Positions 24,413 through 38,585 of a DNA stretch of 45,888 nucleotides are shown here, piece by piece. Position numbers and translations under genes: made by a program. This stretch comes from an uncultured Candidatus Methylacidiphilales bacterium (lineage in GTDB: Bacteria; Verrucomicrobiota; Verrucomicrobiia; Methylacidiphilales; UBA1321): contig CAZZYY010000002.1 of NCBI GenBank assembly GCA_964658475.1, positions 1 through 45,888 of the forward strand. The letters run 5' to 3'. Each line of letters opens with the position of its first letter. Position 1 is the stretch's first letter. The notes beneath the pieces were generated by a model. The model saw nothing but the letters and a program-made list of their open reading frames with translations. It ran no database searches and was not told where the DNA came from.

Positions 24413-24990
24413 ACGCGCACCTTGTCCCCCGGCTTTCCCTTTTCGCCTGCACAGCCGTCGTGCTGACGGCGTGTCATCACAACATGTACGAACAGCCAAA
24501 ATTCCTGCCTGATCAGCAAAGCCTCTATTTTCCGAATGAGCCGGCCGACCGTTCGCCCGTCGCGCATACCGTGCCGCGCGGTGATTTCAATGACGGTTCC
24601 ACCTTCTACACCGGCGAGACCAACGGAACCTTGGCGACCAGCTTTCCCCTGCCCGTTAACGCCGAACTGATCGCCCGCGGGCGCGAGATGTACGACATCA
24701 ACTGCTCAGCCTGCCACGGGCGGGACGGGTACGGGCACGGGATCGTGGTGGAGCGGGGATTTCCGCAGCCTCCGTCCTACCACTCCGACCGGTTGCGTGA
24801 TGCTCCGGTCGGCCACCTTTTTGAGGTCATCACTTATGGCTATGGCGTCATGTATCCATTTGGCAATCGGATCACCCCCCATGATCGCTGGGCGATTGTC
24901 AGCTACATCCGCGTCCTGCAGTTCAGCCAGCACGCCGCCATCGCTCAGCTCGACGCAAACGATCGGCCCCAACTGGAGAAGGCCAAGTGA
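24409..24990 (+). CDS. actE: Alternative complex III monoheme cytochrome c lipoprotein
   Basis: Lipobox VLTAC, MYEQPK, CSACH, GYGVM and DRWAIVSYIRVLQ. Confidence 0.92.
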   Translation: MNAHLVPRLSLFACTAVVLTACHHNMYEQPKFLPDQQSLYFPNEPADRSPVAHTVPRGDFNDGSTFYTGETNGTLATSFPLPVNAELIARGREMYDINCSACHGRDGYGHGIVVERGFPQPPSYHSDRLRDAPVGHLFEVITYGYGVMYPFGNRITPHDRWAIVSYIRVLQFSQHAAIAQLDANDRPQLEKAK

Positions 24991-26135
24991 ACTCTCGTGT
25001 GTTTTCCCTCCACTTGCAAAAACAGGGTCTCGGCGCCGGTGTGGCGCTCCTTGTCCTGGGCACGATCTACGGCTTTTTTCATCCGGCCCTTTTCTTCCAG
25101 GGCTACCTGACCGCCTTTATCTTCTGGGTTGAAGTCGCTTTGGGCTGCGTCGGACTTTTGCTTCTCCAGTATTTAACCGGTGGACGGTGGGGTACGTCCC
25201 TCACGCGCCTGCTGGAGGCCGGCATGATGACGTTGCCGCTGTGCGCCGTCATGTTCCTTCCGCTCTTTCTCGGGTTGTCCTATCTCTTCCCCTGGATCCA
25301 TCCCACGGGACGTGAGCTGCCCCATCTCGTCCATGAGAAGGCGGTCTACCTCAACCTGCCCTTTTATGCCGTAAGGTACGTCATCTATTTCGGCGCGTTA
25401 AGCGGAATGGCCTTTCTCTATCGAGGACTGAGTCTTCGGCGCGATCGCAATGAACCCGGCGCGCTCGAGACCATGAAGAAATGGAGCGGGCCGTGTCTGA
25501 TCGGGTTCGTGCTTCTGATGAATTTCGCCTGCGTGGATTGGATCATGTCGCTGAACCCGGAATGGTATTCGAGCATGCTCACGGTCGAATTCGTAGCCGA
25601 GCAAGCCGTGGTTACTCTGGCCGGATGCATCCTTGTCCTGCGGTTCCTCTCCCGGAGGGAGGCGGTGGGCGGATTGATCAGCGTCAAGGTCGTGCATGAT
25701 CTTGCCAACCTCCTGCTTGGCTTCACCTGCTTTTGGACCTACGTGACCTTTGCGGAATTTCTCATCACGTGGACGGGCAACCTTCCGCACGAGGTTTCCT
25801 GGTTTGCCGACCGGAGCTCGGCAGGGTGGCGGATCTTTGCCGTCGTGCTGGTGCTTGTCCATTTTGTCGTTCCTCTGTTCCTGCTGATTTTCACGTGGAT
25901 CTCCAAGAACCTCGAGCGGCTCGCGGGCGTCGCCGGTCTGATGTTGATCGCGCACCTGCTTCAAGTCATCTGGTGGGTCGAACCCGCGTTCCGCCCTCAC
26001 GCCCACTTTGCCTGGCCTGCGCTGGTGCTCATTCCCGCACTGGGTTTGATTTGGCTGGCGAGCTACGTCCGCCATCTGGAATGCGCACCCCTCCGCGTCT
26101 TCGAACCGGCGAACCCGGTGGAGGCGGCCGCATGA
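24987..26135 (+). CDS. actF: Alternative complex III subunit F
   Basis: LTGGRWG, DWIMSLNPEWYSS, HDLANLL and WTYVTFAEFLITWTGNLPHE. Multi-pass membrane protein. Confidence 0.9.
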   Translation: MNSRVFSLHLQKQGLGAGVALLVLGTIYGFFHPALFFQGYLTAFIFWVEVALGCVGLLLLQYLTGGRWGTSLTRLLEAGMMTLPLCAVMFLPLFLGLSYLFPWIHPTGRELPHLVHEKAVYLNLPFYAVRYVIYFGALSGMAFLYRGLSLRRDRNEPGALETMKKWSGPCLIGFVLLMNFACVDWIMSLNPEWYSSMLTVEFVAEQAVVTLAGCILVLRFLSRREAVGGLISVKVVHDLANLLLGFTCFWTYVTFAEFLITWTGNLPHEVSWFADRSSAGWRIFAVVLVLVHFVVPLFLLIFTWISKNLERLAGVAGLMLIAHLLQVIWWVEPAFRPHAHFAWPALVLIPALGLIWLASYVRHLECAPLRVFEPANPVEAAA

Positions 26136-26593
26136 AACCGCAAGGGTTCATACCTGCCTCGGCATCGCCTTCCACCCATGAAGGCGCGGACCTGAACGTC
26201 AAGCTTGTGGTCCGGACGGGAACCGTCCTCGCGACGACGTTGGTTGTCCTCATTGGGCTGCTCGTGCTTTTCTTCCGGCATCTCGAACACGTCTACTCGC
26301 ACCGGACGAGCGAGGCGGCGCCTATCGTGACCGCGGCCGATTTGCCCCCGGCTCCGAGGCTGCAAACGAATCCCTGGGACGATCTGCACGGCGTGCAGGC
26401 CCGCGAGGACCGGCACCTGACGCGCTATGCCTGGGTCGACCGTGCGCAAGGTGTGGCACAGATCCCGATCGAGCGGGCGATGGTCCTTTGGGCAAACGCT
26501 ACCACCAACCCCCCAACCGCTGCGGCGAATGCCGCGCCGACCGAATTGCAGATGCGGCAGGACAAAGGGCAGGAGGCGACTCGTGCGCAGTAG
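26132..26593 (+). CDS. ActG-like single-TM accessory subunit
   Basis: One TM helix, PPAPRLQ and YAWVDR..GVAQIPIERAM. Lies between actF and SCO. Confidence 0.75.
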   Translation: MKPQGFIPASASPSTHEGADLNVKLVVRTGTVLATTLVVLIGLLVLFFRHLEHVYSHRTSEAAPIVTAADLPPAPRLQTNPWDDLHGVQAREDRHLTRYAWVDRAQGVAQIPIERAMVLWANATTNPPTAAANAAPTELQMRQDKGQEATRAQ

Positions 26594-27383
26594 TCTTCTC
26601 CTCTTGGCGACGCTTGGCCTGGGTGCGCTTGCCCACGGCGATTCGTCCACGCCGATCCATTTCGCGCATGACGTCCGCTTTGATCAAAACCTGGGCGTCC
26701 AGGTGCAGCCCGACCTTGCGTTCGTTTCCGAAACGGGCGCGCCGGTCCATCTCGGCGACTATTTCCACAGCCAGCCCATCATCCTCGTCCTCGATTACTA
26801 CCGGTGCCCCAACCTGTGCGGGATCGTGCTGAACAGCATGGTCACCTCGCTCAAGGACCTGACCTACAATGCCGGCGATCGCTACCAAGTGGTCGTGGCC
26901 AGCATCGATCCAAGGGACACGCCGCAGATGTCCGAGCAGAAGAAGCTCGGCTATCTCGATCGCTACGGACGCCCTCAGACGGCCGATGGCTGGCACTTTC
27001 TCACGGGTTCGCCCGACGCGATCCGTAAGCTGGCTGACACCGTGGGTTTTCATTTCGTCTACGATTCAGCTTCCGGTCAGTATATTCATCCGAGCGGCGT
27101 CATTCTGCTGACGCCGCGGGGAACGACCTCGCGCTACTTCTTCGGCGTCGACTTTCCCGCGGACCAGCTTCGCGATGCGCTGGCCGTCGCGGCCGCGTCT
27201 CACGTCAACTCGCCGGTGTACGATTTTTTGCTCCTCTGCTGCCGGTACAATCCACTGCAAGGGAAGTACGGCGTTCTGATCTTCAATCTCATGCGGGGCG
27301 CGGGGCTCATGACTGTGCTCGTCGTGGCGGGCCTGGTCGTTTCCTCACTGCGGCACGAGGCGGCACAACGGAACAGAAGGTGA
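26583..27383 (+). CDS. SCO-family copper chaperone
   Basis: YYRCPNLC (CxxxC), GWHFLTG, YIHPSG and SRYFFG. Signal peptide and C-terminal TM helix; GTG start. Confidence 0.9.
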   Translation: MRSSLLLLATLGLGALAHGDSSTPIHFAHDVRFDQNLGVQVQPDLAFVSETGAPVHLGDYFHSQPIILVLDYYRCPNLCGIVLNSMVTSLKDLTYNAGDRYQVVVASIDPRDTPQMSEQKKLGYLDRYGRPQTADGWHFLTGSPDAIRKLADTVGFHFVYDSASGQYIHPSGVILLTPRGTTSRYFFGVDFPADQLRDALAVAAASHVNSPVYDFLLLCCRYNPLQGKYGVLIFNLMRGAGLMTVLVVAGLVVSSLRHEAAQRNRR

Positions 27384-27390
27384 CGCGCCC

Positions 27391-28356
27391 ATGACCTTTA
27401 CCGTCCTGCCCTATGAAGACTCGTCGTACGCCTCTCGCGTCGACTTCATTTTCGTCTCACTGGTCGTCCTTTGCTCCGTCGTCACGCTGGGAGTGTTCGT
27501 GGCGATCATGGGCTTTTGCATCAAGTACCGCCGCGGTTCCGACGCCGACCGGTCGCACCGTCCGTCGGAGGCGACCGAAATTGGAATTGAGTTCACCTGG
27601 ATCATTCTTCCGCTGCTCATCTTTCTTGGGTTCTTTATCTGGGCGGGAAACGTCTACTACGAGATGTTCAGTCCGCCGGCCGAAGGCCTTGCCGTGTATG
27701 TCATCGGCAAACAATGGATGTGGAAGATCGAGCACGCGACCGGCCAGCGCGAGATCAACCAGCTGCACATTCCCATCGACCGAAACATCGTCCTGACCCT
27801 TACTTCGCAGGATGTCATCCATGACTTCGACGTGCCGGCCTTCCGCATCAAGCACGACGTCCTGCCCGGCACGTACGTCCGCATGTGGTTCAAGGCGACC
27901 CATCCGGGGACTTATCATCTCTTCTGCGGGCAGTACTGCGGCGACTTTCACTCATTGATGGTCGGAGACGTGATCGCGATGTCGCCCACCGATTATGCGG
28001 CTTGGCTTCAAGGCCACGGTGAAAGCGATTCTCCATCGCTCGCGGCGCAGGGTTCCCAGGCCTTTCATTCGCTGGGCTGCAGCGGCTGCCATGAAGGCAG
28101 TCAGGTTGTCCATGCGCCCTCCTTGAACGGCCTCTATGACGAACCGGTGCCGCTGCAAGGCGGACAGGTGGTACGAGCCGACGACAATTACCTGCGTGAC
28201 GCCATCCTCCAGCCCGCGAAGAACGTGCCTGCCGGCTTCCAGCCGATCATGCCTTCGTACCAGGGACTGCTGACCGAGGAGCAGGTCGTCTCGCTCATCG
28301 CTTACATCAAATCCGAAAAGTCACCCTCCCAAAATGCGACGGGACAGAACCCATGA
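27391..28356 (+). CDS. coxB: Cytochrome c oxidase subunit II with fused cytochrome c (caa3 type)
   Basis: IEFTW, KQWMW, DVIHDF, CuA motif [12 protein letters not shown] and heme c motif CSGCH...IMPSY. Confidence 0.95.
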   Translation: MTFTVLPYEDSSYASRVDFIFVSLVVLCSVVTLGVFVAIMGFCIKYRRGSDADRSHRPSEATEIGIEFTWIILPLLIFLGFFIWAGNVYYEMFSPPAEGLAVYVIGKQWMWKIEHATGQREINQLHIPIDRNIVLTLTSQDVIHDFDVPAFRIKHDVLPGTYVRMWFKATHPGTYHLFCGQYCGDFHSLMVGDVIAMSPTDYAAWLQGHGESDSPSLAAQGSQAFHSLGCSGCHEGSQVVHAPSLNGLYDEPVPLQGGQVVRADDNYLRDAILQPAKNVPAGFQPIMPSYQGLLTEEQVVSLIAYIKSEKSPSQNATGQNP

Positions 28357-30002
28357 CACGACCGCCCGATCCCAAGATCCTTCCCGCGAAGAATTATCTC
28401 ACGGACGAGAAGACGCTGGCCTCGTGGTTTTTTACCCACGATCACAAGCGGATCGCCCTGCTTTATCTTGCCTCGATTACCGTCTTCTTTCTGTTGGGCG
28501 GCGTGGCCGCAATGTTGATGCGGCTGGAATTGATCCATCCCCGCGGCGAACTTTTCACTTCCACGACCTACAACAAACTCTTCACGTTACATGGGGTGAT
28601 CATGGTTTGGTTCTTTCTCATTCCCTCGATTCCCAACGTGTTGGGGAATTTTCTTATTCCCCTGATGATCGGCGCGCGGGACATGGCTTTTCCCCGCTTG
28701 AACCTCATCAGTTGGTACGTGTTCATGTTCGGCGGCGTGTTTGCCGTCGCCTCCATCCTGCTCGGCGGGGTCGATACCGGCTGGACCTTCTATACGCCGT
28801 ACAGCAGCACCTATTCGAACGGCTGGGTCATCGCCATGGCGGTAGGTATTTTCATTAACGGCTTCTCTTCGATTTTCACCGGCCTGAACTTCATCGTCAC
28901 CGTGCACAAGCTTCGCGCGCCCGGCATGACCTGGTTTCGCCTGCCGCTTTTCGTCTGGACCCTTTATTCGACCAGCCTGATCTTCGTCCTGGCGACTCCG
29001 GTGCTGGCCATCACGCTGACGCTGGTGGCGCTGGAGCGGGGATTCGGCATCGGCATTTTCGATCCGCGCATCGGGGGCGACCCGCTGTTGTTCCAGCATC
29101 TCTTTTGGTTCTACTCGCATCCCGCTGTCTACATCATGGTGCTGCCCGCCATGGGGGTGATCAGCGAACTGATTGCGGCTTTTGCCCGCAACCGCGTCTT
29201 CGGCTACAACTTTGTCGTCTACGCGAGCCTCGGAATTGCCTTTCTGGGTTTTCTCGTCTGGGGGCATCACATGTTCGTCAGCGGACAGTCCGTCCACGCC
29301 AGCTTGATTTTTTCGCTGTTGAGCTTCCTGGTGGCTATTCCTTCGGCCATCAAAGTCTTCAACTGGACGGCAACACTCTACAAGGGCTCCATCACCTTCG
29401 ACACGCCGCTGCTCTACGCGCTTGGTTTCATCGCGCTTTTCACCATCGGCGGCATGACGGGGTTGATGCTGGCTTCGCTCGCGGTCGATGTTCACGTCAC
29501 GGCCACCTACTTTGTGGTCGCTCACTTCCACTACATCATGGTGGGCGGGGCGGTCATGGCCTATCTGGGTGGCATCCACTACTGGTTCCCGAAAATCACC
29601 GGGCGGCTCTATCCGGAGACGCTGGCCCGCTGGGCTGCCGTCATCCTCTTCATCGGCTTCAATCTCACCTTCTTTCCCATGTTCATTCTCGGCTACATGG
29701 GGATGCCGCGCCGGTACCACGTCTATCCCGAGGAATTTCAAATGCTCAATTTTATCTCGACGATCGGCACCCCCGTCCTGGGCCTCGGCTATTTGCTCCC
29801 GCTGGTTTATCTCGGCTGGTCGTCCTTCTTTGGGCGGATCGCCGGACCTAATCCATGGAACGCGCCCGGATTGGAATGGCAGACCACATCGCCGCCGCCG
29901 GCGGAGAATTACCGGGAGATTCCCGTCGTGACCACGGAACCTTACGCCTACCACTTGATGCCCGCTTCAATCGAAACTCCGGAGGAACCGCATGGCAGCT
30001 GA
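28353..30002 (+). CDS. coxA: Cytochrome c oxidase subunit I, A2 subtype
   Basis: [27 protein letters not shown] (YS motif of the A2 subtype), WGHHMF, IKVFNW, VAHFHY and GMPRR. Confidence 0.97.
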   Translation: MTRPPDPKILPAKNYLTDEKTLASWFFTHDHKRIALLYLASITVFFLLGGVAAMLMRLELIHPRGELFTSTTYNKLFTLHGVIMVWFFLIPSIPNVLGNFLIPLMIGARDMAFPRLNLISWYVFMFGGVFAVASILLGGVDTGWTFYTPYSSTYSNGWVIAMAVGIFINGFSSIFTGLNFIVTVHKLRAPGMTWFRLPLFVWTLYSTSLIFVLATPVLAITLTLVALERGFGIGIFDPRIGGDPLLFQHLFWFYSHPAVYIMVLPAMGVISELIAAFARNRVFGYNFVVYASLGIAFLGFLVWGHHMFVSGQSVHASLIFSLLSFLVAIPSAIKVFNWTATLYKGSITFDTPLLYALGFIALFTIGGMTGLMLASLAVDVHVTATYFVVAHFHYIMVGGAVMAYLGGIHYWFPKITGRLYPETLARWAAVILFIGFNLTFFPMFILGYMGMPRRYHVYPEEFQMLNFISTIGTPVLGLGYLLPLVYLGWSSFFGRIAGPNPWNAPGLEWQTTSPPPAENYREIPVVTTEPYAYHLMPASIETPEEPHGS

Positions 30003-30642
30003 AGCTGTCGCCGAACCGCTCAATTTTCCTTTCCAGGAAGCGGCGCATCAGCGCGAGAGCGCGCTCTTTGGCATGTGGATCTTCCTGGCCACGGAAGTCC
30101 TTTTTTTCGGCGGCATGTTCACGGCCTACACCGTGTACCGGATCACGCACTGGACTGCCTTTCAGGAAGCAGCACGCCATCAGGAATGGTACCTCGGCTG
30201 CCTCAACACCCTCGTTCTCCTGACCAGCGGATTTACCATGGCGGTGGCCGTCGAATGCGCCCGTCAGGGAAACCGCACGTGGCTCCTGCGCCTCCTGGGC
30301 CTGACCTGGGTCTTGGGCGCCGCTTTCCTGGCCATCGAGGGATACGAATATCATTCCAAGTTTACCGAGCATCTGGTCCCTGGCAGCGGCTTTCATTTCA
30401 CCGGCAGCAATCCCGGCGCATCGGAATTGTTTTTCGTCCTCTACTTTACCATGACGGGCATGCACATGCTTCACATGTTCATCGGATTGATGCTGATCCT
30501 TTTTTTGGGCATGTGGACCAAGCTCTCCGCAGCGCCGAAGTCGATGTCCAACAAGTTTGAAGTCCTGGGTCTCTACTGGGCCTTTGTCGATATCGTGTGG
30601 CTTTTTCTTTATCCCCTGTTCTACCTAGTGAACACGCGATGA
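29992..30642 (+). CDS. coxC: Cytochrome c oxidase subunit III
   Basis: [34 protein letters not shown] and [11 protein letters not shown]. Confidence 0.94.
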   Translation: MAAEAVAEPLNFPFQEAAHQRESALFGMWIFLATEVLFFGGMFTAYTVYRITHWTAFQEAARHQEWYLGCLNTLVLLTSGFTMAVAVECARQGNRTWLLRLLGLTWVLGAAFLAIEGYEYHSKFTEHLVPGSGFHFTGSNPGASELFFVLYFTMTGMHMLHMFIGLMLILFLGMWTKLSAAPKSMSNKFEVLGLYWAFVDIVWLFLYPLFYLVNTR

Positions 30643-30917
30643 AAACGAAGCTCAGTCACCACGTTCGGGTCCTTGGCGCCCTGTTCCTGTTGCTGGCTTT
30701 GACCACGGGCGTGTCCTTTCTGCCGTTGGGAGGATGGAGCTGGCTGCCCGCGGTAATCATCGCCTTCATCATGGCTGCGCTCATTATGTTGTTTTTTATG
30801 CGTCTGCGGAAAAGCGAGCCGTTGCTCTGGCTTACCTCGGCCGCTGGCTTTGCCTGGCTCAGCCTGCTTCTGCTTTTCGTCGTGCTCGATTACGCCTCCC
30901 GCCCCTGGCCACGGTGA
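30639..30917 (+). CDS. coxD: Cytochrome c oxidase subunit IV
   Basis: Small 3-TM protein with LLALT, FFMRLR and LDYASR. ATGA overlap with coxC. Confidence 0.85.
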   Translation: MKTKLSHHVRVLGALFLLLALTTGVSFLPLGGWSWLPAVIIAFIMAALIMLFFMRLRKSEPLLWLTSAAGFAWLSLLLLFVVLDYASRPWPR

Positions 30918-30989
30918 GGGAATGACGAAGAGGGGCGGGCAACCACCTTCCATTGGACAACGAACGGCAACCTCCGACTTTATGAAATC

Positions 30990-31388
30990 ATGAAAATCAC
31001 ACGGCTTGGATCGCAGGCATCGAATAAGGGACCAGCCGACTGGTTCACGGGCGCCGTCCGAATCGATCCGCTTTTCCAAGCGGATTCTCCCGCGCGGGTA
31101 GCCGGGGCAAGCGTGACTTTCGAGCCCGGCGCGCGTACCGTCTGGCACACGCACCCCCTGGGTCAGACGCTCATCGTTTTGGCGGGCTGCGGGCGGGCGC
31201 AGCGGGAGGGAGGTCCGGTCGAGGAATTTCGCGCGGGAGATGTGGTCTGGTTCGCGCCCGGTGAAAAGCACTGGCACGGCGCCTCGCCCACAACCGGCAT
31301 GACACACATCGCCATCCAGGAGCAGCTCGACGGCAAAGTCGTCGACTGGCTGGAGCCAGTGACCGACGCGCAGTACCAAGGCGCGTGA
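30990..31388 (+). CDS. Cupin-domain protein
   Basis: [20 protein letters not shown] and GEKHWHGA...MTHIAIQE. Confidence 0.92.
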   Translation: MKITRLGSQASNKGPADWFTGAVRIDPLFQADSPARVAGASVTFEPGARTVWHTHPLGQTLIVLAGCGRAQREGGPVEEFRAGDVVWFAPGEKHWHGASPTTGMTHIAIQEQLDGKVVDWLEPVTDAQYQGA

Positions 31389-31438
31389 GCGACGGGACGT
31401 TTTGATTCACCGCGGGACGAAGCCCGCCCTTGGCCCAA

Positions 31439-32827
31439 TCAAGCGGGGAGGCTCAGCCGCTTCTGCAACTCCTCGAGGCTCACGCCCTTCGTCTCGGGCA
31501 GGAACTTCGCGACGAGGACGAACTGGAGCACCATCATCAGCGCAAAGAAGCCAAAAGCGTACGCGCCCGAAGCTTGAGCCACGACCGGAAATACCCAGCC
31601 GATAATGGCGCACAGCGTCCACATCAGGAAGCAGGCCGCCGCGGAACCCGAGGCGCGCACCGCATTCGGTAGCAGCTCATTGATCACCACCCAGACCACC
31701 GCGCCCTGCGAGTAAGCGTGCGAACCGACCACGCCCATAAGTGCGACGATCACCACCCAGCCCTGAGCATGAGTGGCAAAGACCCAGGCCGCCAGCAAAT
31801 GGGAAACCACGAAAGTCACGGACCCCACGAGCAGGAGGATCTTGCGTCCCACGCGATCGATCAGCGCCATGCCGACAAGGGTCATCAGCAGGTTGGTGAC
31901 GCCGACGATGACCGACTCCATAAGCGCGCCCGCCTTGTCGGCGCCGGCCATGCGAAAGATGTCGGCGGTGTAGTAGATGACCGCGTTGATGCCGTCGAGC
32001 TGGTTGAAGACCGCGATCATGCAGGCAAGCAGGAGCGGCTTGAGATATTTGCGCTGGAAAAGATGCTCGTGCACGCCGCTTGATTCCGAAGCGAGCGATT
32101 CCTGGATTTCCCGGCTTTCCCGCGCCGGGTCGTCATGATTGAAGCGGGCGAGCACCTTGGTCGCCTCGTCGAAGCGATTCTGTTTCACCAGCCAGCGCGG
32201 GCTTTCGGGGATGACGAGCGCGGCAGCCAGGAAGGCAAAGGAGGGAGCAGCCATGACGCCGAACATCCACCGCCAGGCATCGGGATTGTCCGCCCCTACA
32301 AAGTAGGCCACTAGGTAGTTGGAAAAGTAGGCCGCGAGGATTCCGACGACGATGTTCAATTGGCTGACGCAGACCAGCACGCCGCGCAGCCTGGCCGGGG
32401 CGATCTCCGTGATGTACATGGGACAGACCACCGACGCGCCACCCACGGCGATGCCGCCGAGAAAGCGGAAGAAGAGCAGCGCGTACCAGTTCCACGCCAG
32501 CGCGCAACCTGCGGCGGAGGCGAGGAAGAACACCGCGAGGATGGTCAGCACATGCTGCCGTCCCCACCAATCGGCCGGCCGTCCCGCCGTCAAGGCGCCC
32601 ACCATGGTGCCAAGCAGCGCACTCGTGACCGTGAAGCCGAGGAGATTGTCGCTCAGGGCAAAAGCGTGGCGCAGTTGATCGGTGGTGCCGGAGATGACCG
32701 CGGTATCAAAACCGAACAGGAGCGAGCCAATCGCCGCGATCAAGGCGCTGAAGACGACGAGGATGCCAAGCCGGCCGCCCGAGTCGCGCGCCGACGTCGG
32801 CGACTGAAAATCCACATGCATTGCCAT
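31439..32827 (-). CDS. MFS sugar porter
   Basis: LLFGFDTAVISG, ADWWGR, PMYITEIAP, PESPRWL, NQLDGINAVIYY and PETKG. Confidence 0.93.
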   Translation of the reverse strand: MAMHVDFQSPTSARDSGGRLGILVVFSALIAAIGSLLFGFDTAVISGTTDQLRHAFALSDNLLGFTVTSALLGTMVGALTAGRPADWWGRQHVLTILAVFFLASAAGCALAWNWYALLFFRFLGGIAVGGASVVCPMYITEIAPARLRGVLVCVSQLNIVVGILAAYFSNYLVAYFVGADNPDAWRWMFGVMAAPSFAFLAAALVIPESPRWLVKQNRFDEATKVLARFNHDDPARESREIQESLASESSGVHEHLFQRKYLKPLLLACMIAVFNQLDGINAVIYYTADIFRMAGADKAGALMESVIVGVTNLLMTLVGMALIDRVGRKILLLVGSVTFVVSHLLAAWVFATHAQGWVVIVALMGVVGSHAYSQGAVVWVVINELLPNAVRASGSAAACFLMWTLCAIIGWVFPVVAQASGAYAFGFFALMMVLQFVLVAKFLPETKGVSLEELQKRLSLPA

Positions 32828-32908
32828 TCTTTAGACGCCAAGCCGCACATCCGCAAACTCTTTGATCACGCGCCGCGTCGTCTTGGCGGCTCAACCTTGG
32901 AAAATAGC

Positions 32909-36277
<3,369 letters not shown>

Positions 36278-36290
36278 AATTGTTCTCGTT

Positions 36291-38324
36291 TCAATGCTTG
36301 ATCGGTGTCACGTGGAAGACATGCGCCGACGCGCCGGCAAAGGGATTGAGTTCCACGTAATTGTGGCTGCCGTGCCACAGGTAGCGTGCGTCGGTGAGGA
36401 GATCGTGCATCTCATACTCGGCCCCGGGCTCGATCCGCAGGCCGTCGAGGTCCAGCTCCACCCAGCCGCTTTGCACCCGATGCGGATCGAGATTGACCAC
36501 CACGACCATGATGTCGTCGCCCGCATCCGTCACCTTGCTGTAGGCGATCAAAGCGTCGTTGTCGGTCTCATGGAATTGGAGATTGTGCAGGTAGTGAAGC
36601 GCGGGATGGGCCCGCCGGACCGCGTTGATGGCGGTGACGAGCCCCGTGAGATTATCGGGCCGGGCCAGGTCCCAGTCCCGAATCTCGTACTTCTCCGAGT
36701 TGAGATATTCCTCGCTGCCCGGTTCGCGCGGCTTGTCCTCCATCAGCTCGAAGGCGGGACCATAAATGCCATAGCTTGCGCCCAGCGTGGCGGCCAGGAT
36801 GAGCCGGGTGACAAAACCCGCCCGCCCGCCTTCCTGCAAAAAGTCGGTCAGGATGTCGGGCGTATTCGCCCAGAGGTTGGGGCGGAAATACTCGATCAAC
36901 GGCGCCTCCGAAAGCTCCTCCAGATACTCGGTCAACTCGGCCTTGGTGTTGCGCCACGGGAAGTAGTTGTACGATTGGTTGAAGCCAAGTTTCGAGATGG
37001 CCTCCATCACCCGCGGTCGCGTGAACGCCTCGGCAAGGAAGATCACGTCCGGGCGTGATCGACGGATCGCCCCAATCATCCACTCCCAAAACGGCAGCGA
37101 TTTGGTATGGGGGTTATCGACCCGGAAGACGCGCACCCCTTGCTGCACCCAGTAATCGGCCACGCTGCGCAACTCCTCCCACAGCGCCTGCCAGTCGTCG
37201 GTCTCGAAATTGATCGGATAAATATCCTGGTACTTCTTCGGCGGATTTTCCGCGTACTGAATCGTGCCGTCCGGCCGGTGCTTGAACCAGGAGGGGTGCT
37301 CGCGCACCCACGGATGGTCCGGTGAGCATTGCCAGGCCAAATCGAGCGCGATCTCGATCCCCAAGTTTCGCGCCGTCGTGACCAGGCGCTGAAAATCCTC
37401 CAGCGTGCCGAGTTCGGGGTGGAGCGACTTATGGCCCCCTTCCGCCGATCCGATGCCCCAAGGGCTGCCGGGCTCGCCCGCCTCACAGACCGGATTGTTA
37501 TTTCGACCCTTGCGGAACGCCGTGCCGATCGGATGAATGGGCGGAAGATAGAGCACGTCGAAGCCCATTTCCGCCACGCGGGGCAGATGTGCCTCCACAT
37601 CGCGGAAAGTTCCGTGCGCCGATTTCTTGCCCGGGCACGAACGCGGAAAAAGTTCATACCACGCGCCGGTTTGCGCGAGCACCGGATCGACCGCGACGAA
37701 GAGTTCGCGCGCATACGCCGTGGCGTGAGCCCGTTGCGGGTATTTCATGGCCAGCGCTGCCATTTCCTCGTCCAACGCCCGCTGCGAGCGGTCTGTCAGC
37801 GTGTCGGCTTCGCCCTGGCTGAAACCCTTCGCCCACCGCCGTAGCGTCTCGGCGTCCTTCACCGAGGCACGCTGCGCGGCTGCTTCCACCAGTTCCGCGC
37901 CGATGACCAGATCGGTGGAAACATCCTGACCTGCGTTGATCCGTTTCACGAGGTCGGTCCGCCACGACTTATAGTGATCGATCCAGCCTTCGATCGTGTA
38001 CCGGTAGGTTCCCAGTTCCGATACGGTAAATTCCCCGCGCCAGCGATCATTGCCGATCGCCTCCATGGGCGTTTCGCTCCAACTCGCCTCCGACTCGTGA
38101 CGGTATTTCAGGACCGCCGAGAGCAGGTCGTGTCCGTCCGCAAAGATGTCCGCCTCCACCAACACCCGCTCGCCCGGCACCCGCTTGACCGGAAAGCGCC
38201 CCGCATCGATCTCCGGCGAAACCCCCTCGATCATCACGCGACGCTTGCCATCGCCCACCAATTGTCCCGCCCGGGCGGGCTCGGGAGGACGCGCCCCTGG
38301 GCTCATCGGCTGATTTGAATCCAT
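36291..38324 (-). CDS. glgE: Alpha-1,4-glucan:maltose-1-phosphate maltosyltransferase
   Basis: WYELFPRS, YLPPIHPIG, YAENPPKKYQDIYP, FRVDNPHTK, FLAEAFT and NTPDIL. Start is approximate. Confidence 0.95.
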   Translation of the reverse strand: MDSNQPMSPGARPPEPARAGQLVGDGKRRVMIEGVSPEIDAGRFPVKRVPGERVLVEADIFADGHDLLSAVLKYRHESEASWSETPMEAIGNDRWRGEFTVSELGTYRYTIEGWIDHYKSWRTDLVKRINAGQDVSTDLVIGAELVEAAAQRASVKDAETLRRWAKGFSQGEADTLTDRSQRALDEEMAALAMKYPQRAHATAYARELFVAVDPVLAQTGAWYELFPRSCPGKKSAHGTFRDVEAHLPRVAEMGFDVLYLPPIHPIGTAFRKGRNNNPVCEAGEPGSPWGIGSAEGGHKSLHPELGTLEDFQRLVTTARNLGIEIALDLAWQCSPDHPWVREHPSWFKHRPDGTIQYAENPPKKYQDIYPINFETDDWQALWEELRSVADYWVQQGVRVFRVDNPHTKSLPFWEWMIGAIRRSRPDVIFLAEAFTRPRVMEAISKLGFNQSYNYFPWRNTKAELTEYLEELSEAPLIEYFRPNLWANTPDILTDFLQEGGRAGFVTRLILAATLGASYGIYGPAFELMEDKPREPGSEEYLNSEKYEIRDWDLARPDNLTGLVTAINAVRRAHPALHYLHNLQFHETDNDALIAYSKVTDAGDDIMVVVVNLDPHRVQSGWVELDLDGLRIEPGAEYEMHDLLTDARYLWHGSHNYVELNPFAGASAHVFHVTPIKH

Positions 38325-38585
38325 GTCGTAATCTGGTCGTGCTGATCCTCCGGACAATCTCGAAAGCAGCCCATTGCCCTCTCGTGACTCCTTCCGGTGC
38401 GCATTGGTAAACCTACCTTGCACGCGGGGCGGAAGCTCCCTTATTGCCGCCTCGGGGCGATACGTGGTCTGCACCCCAGCTCGCTTAGCTTCTCGCTTTC
38501 CATCATGTCGTCTTTGGTCTAATCGAACTACAAGGGTAACAGGACTTGTTTCCCAATCTGCGACTTACCTCTTACCTCCTTTTCC

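Noticed and set aside
38325-38585. Sigma54 promoter for glgE
   Set aside because: Only weak GG-N10-GC matches, without the TGGCAC and TTGC context.
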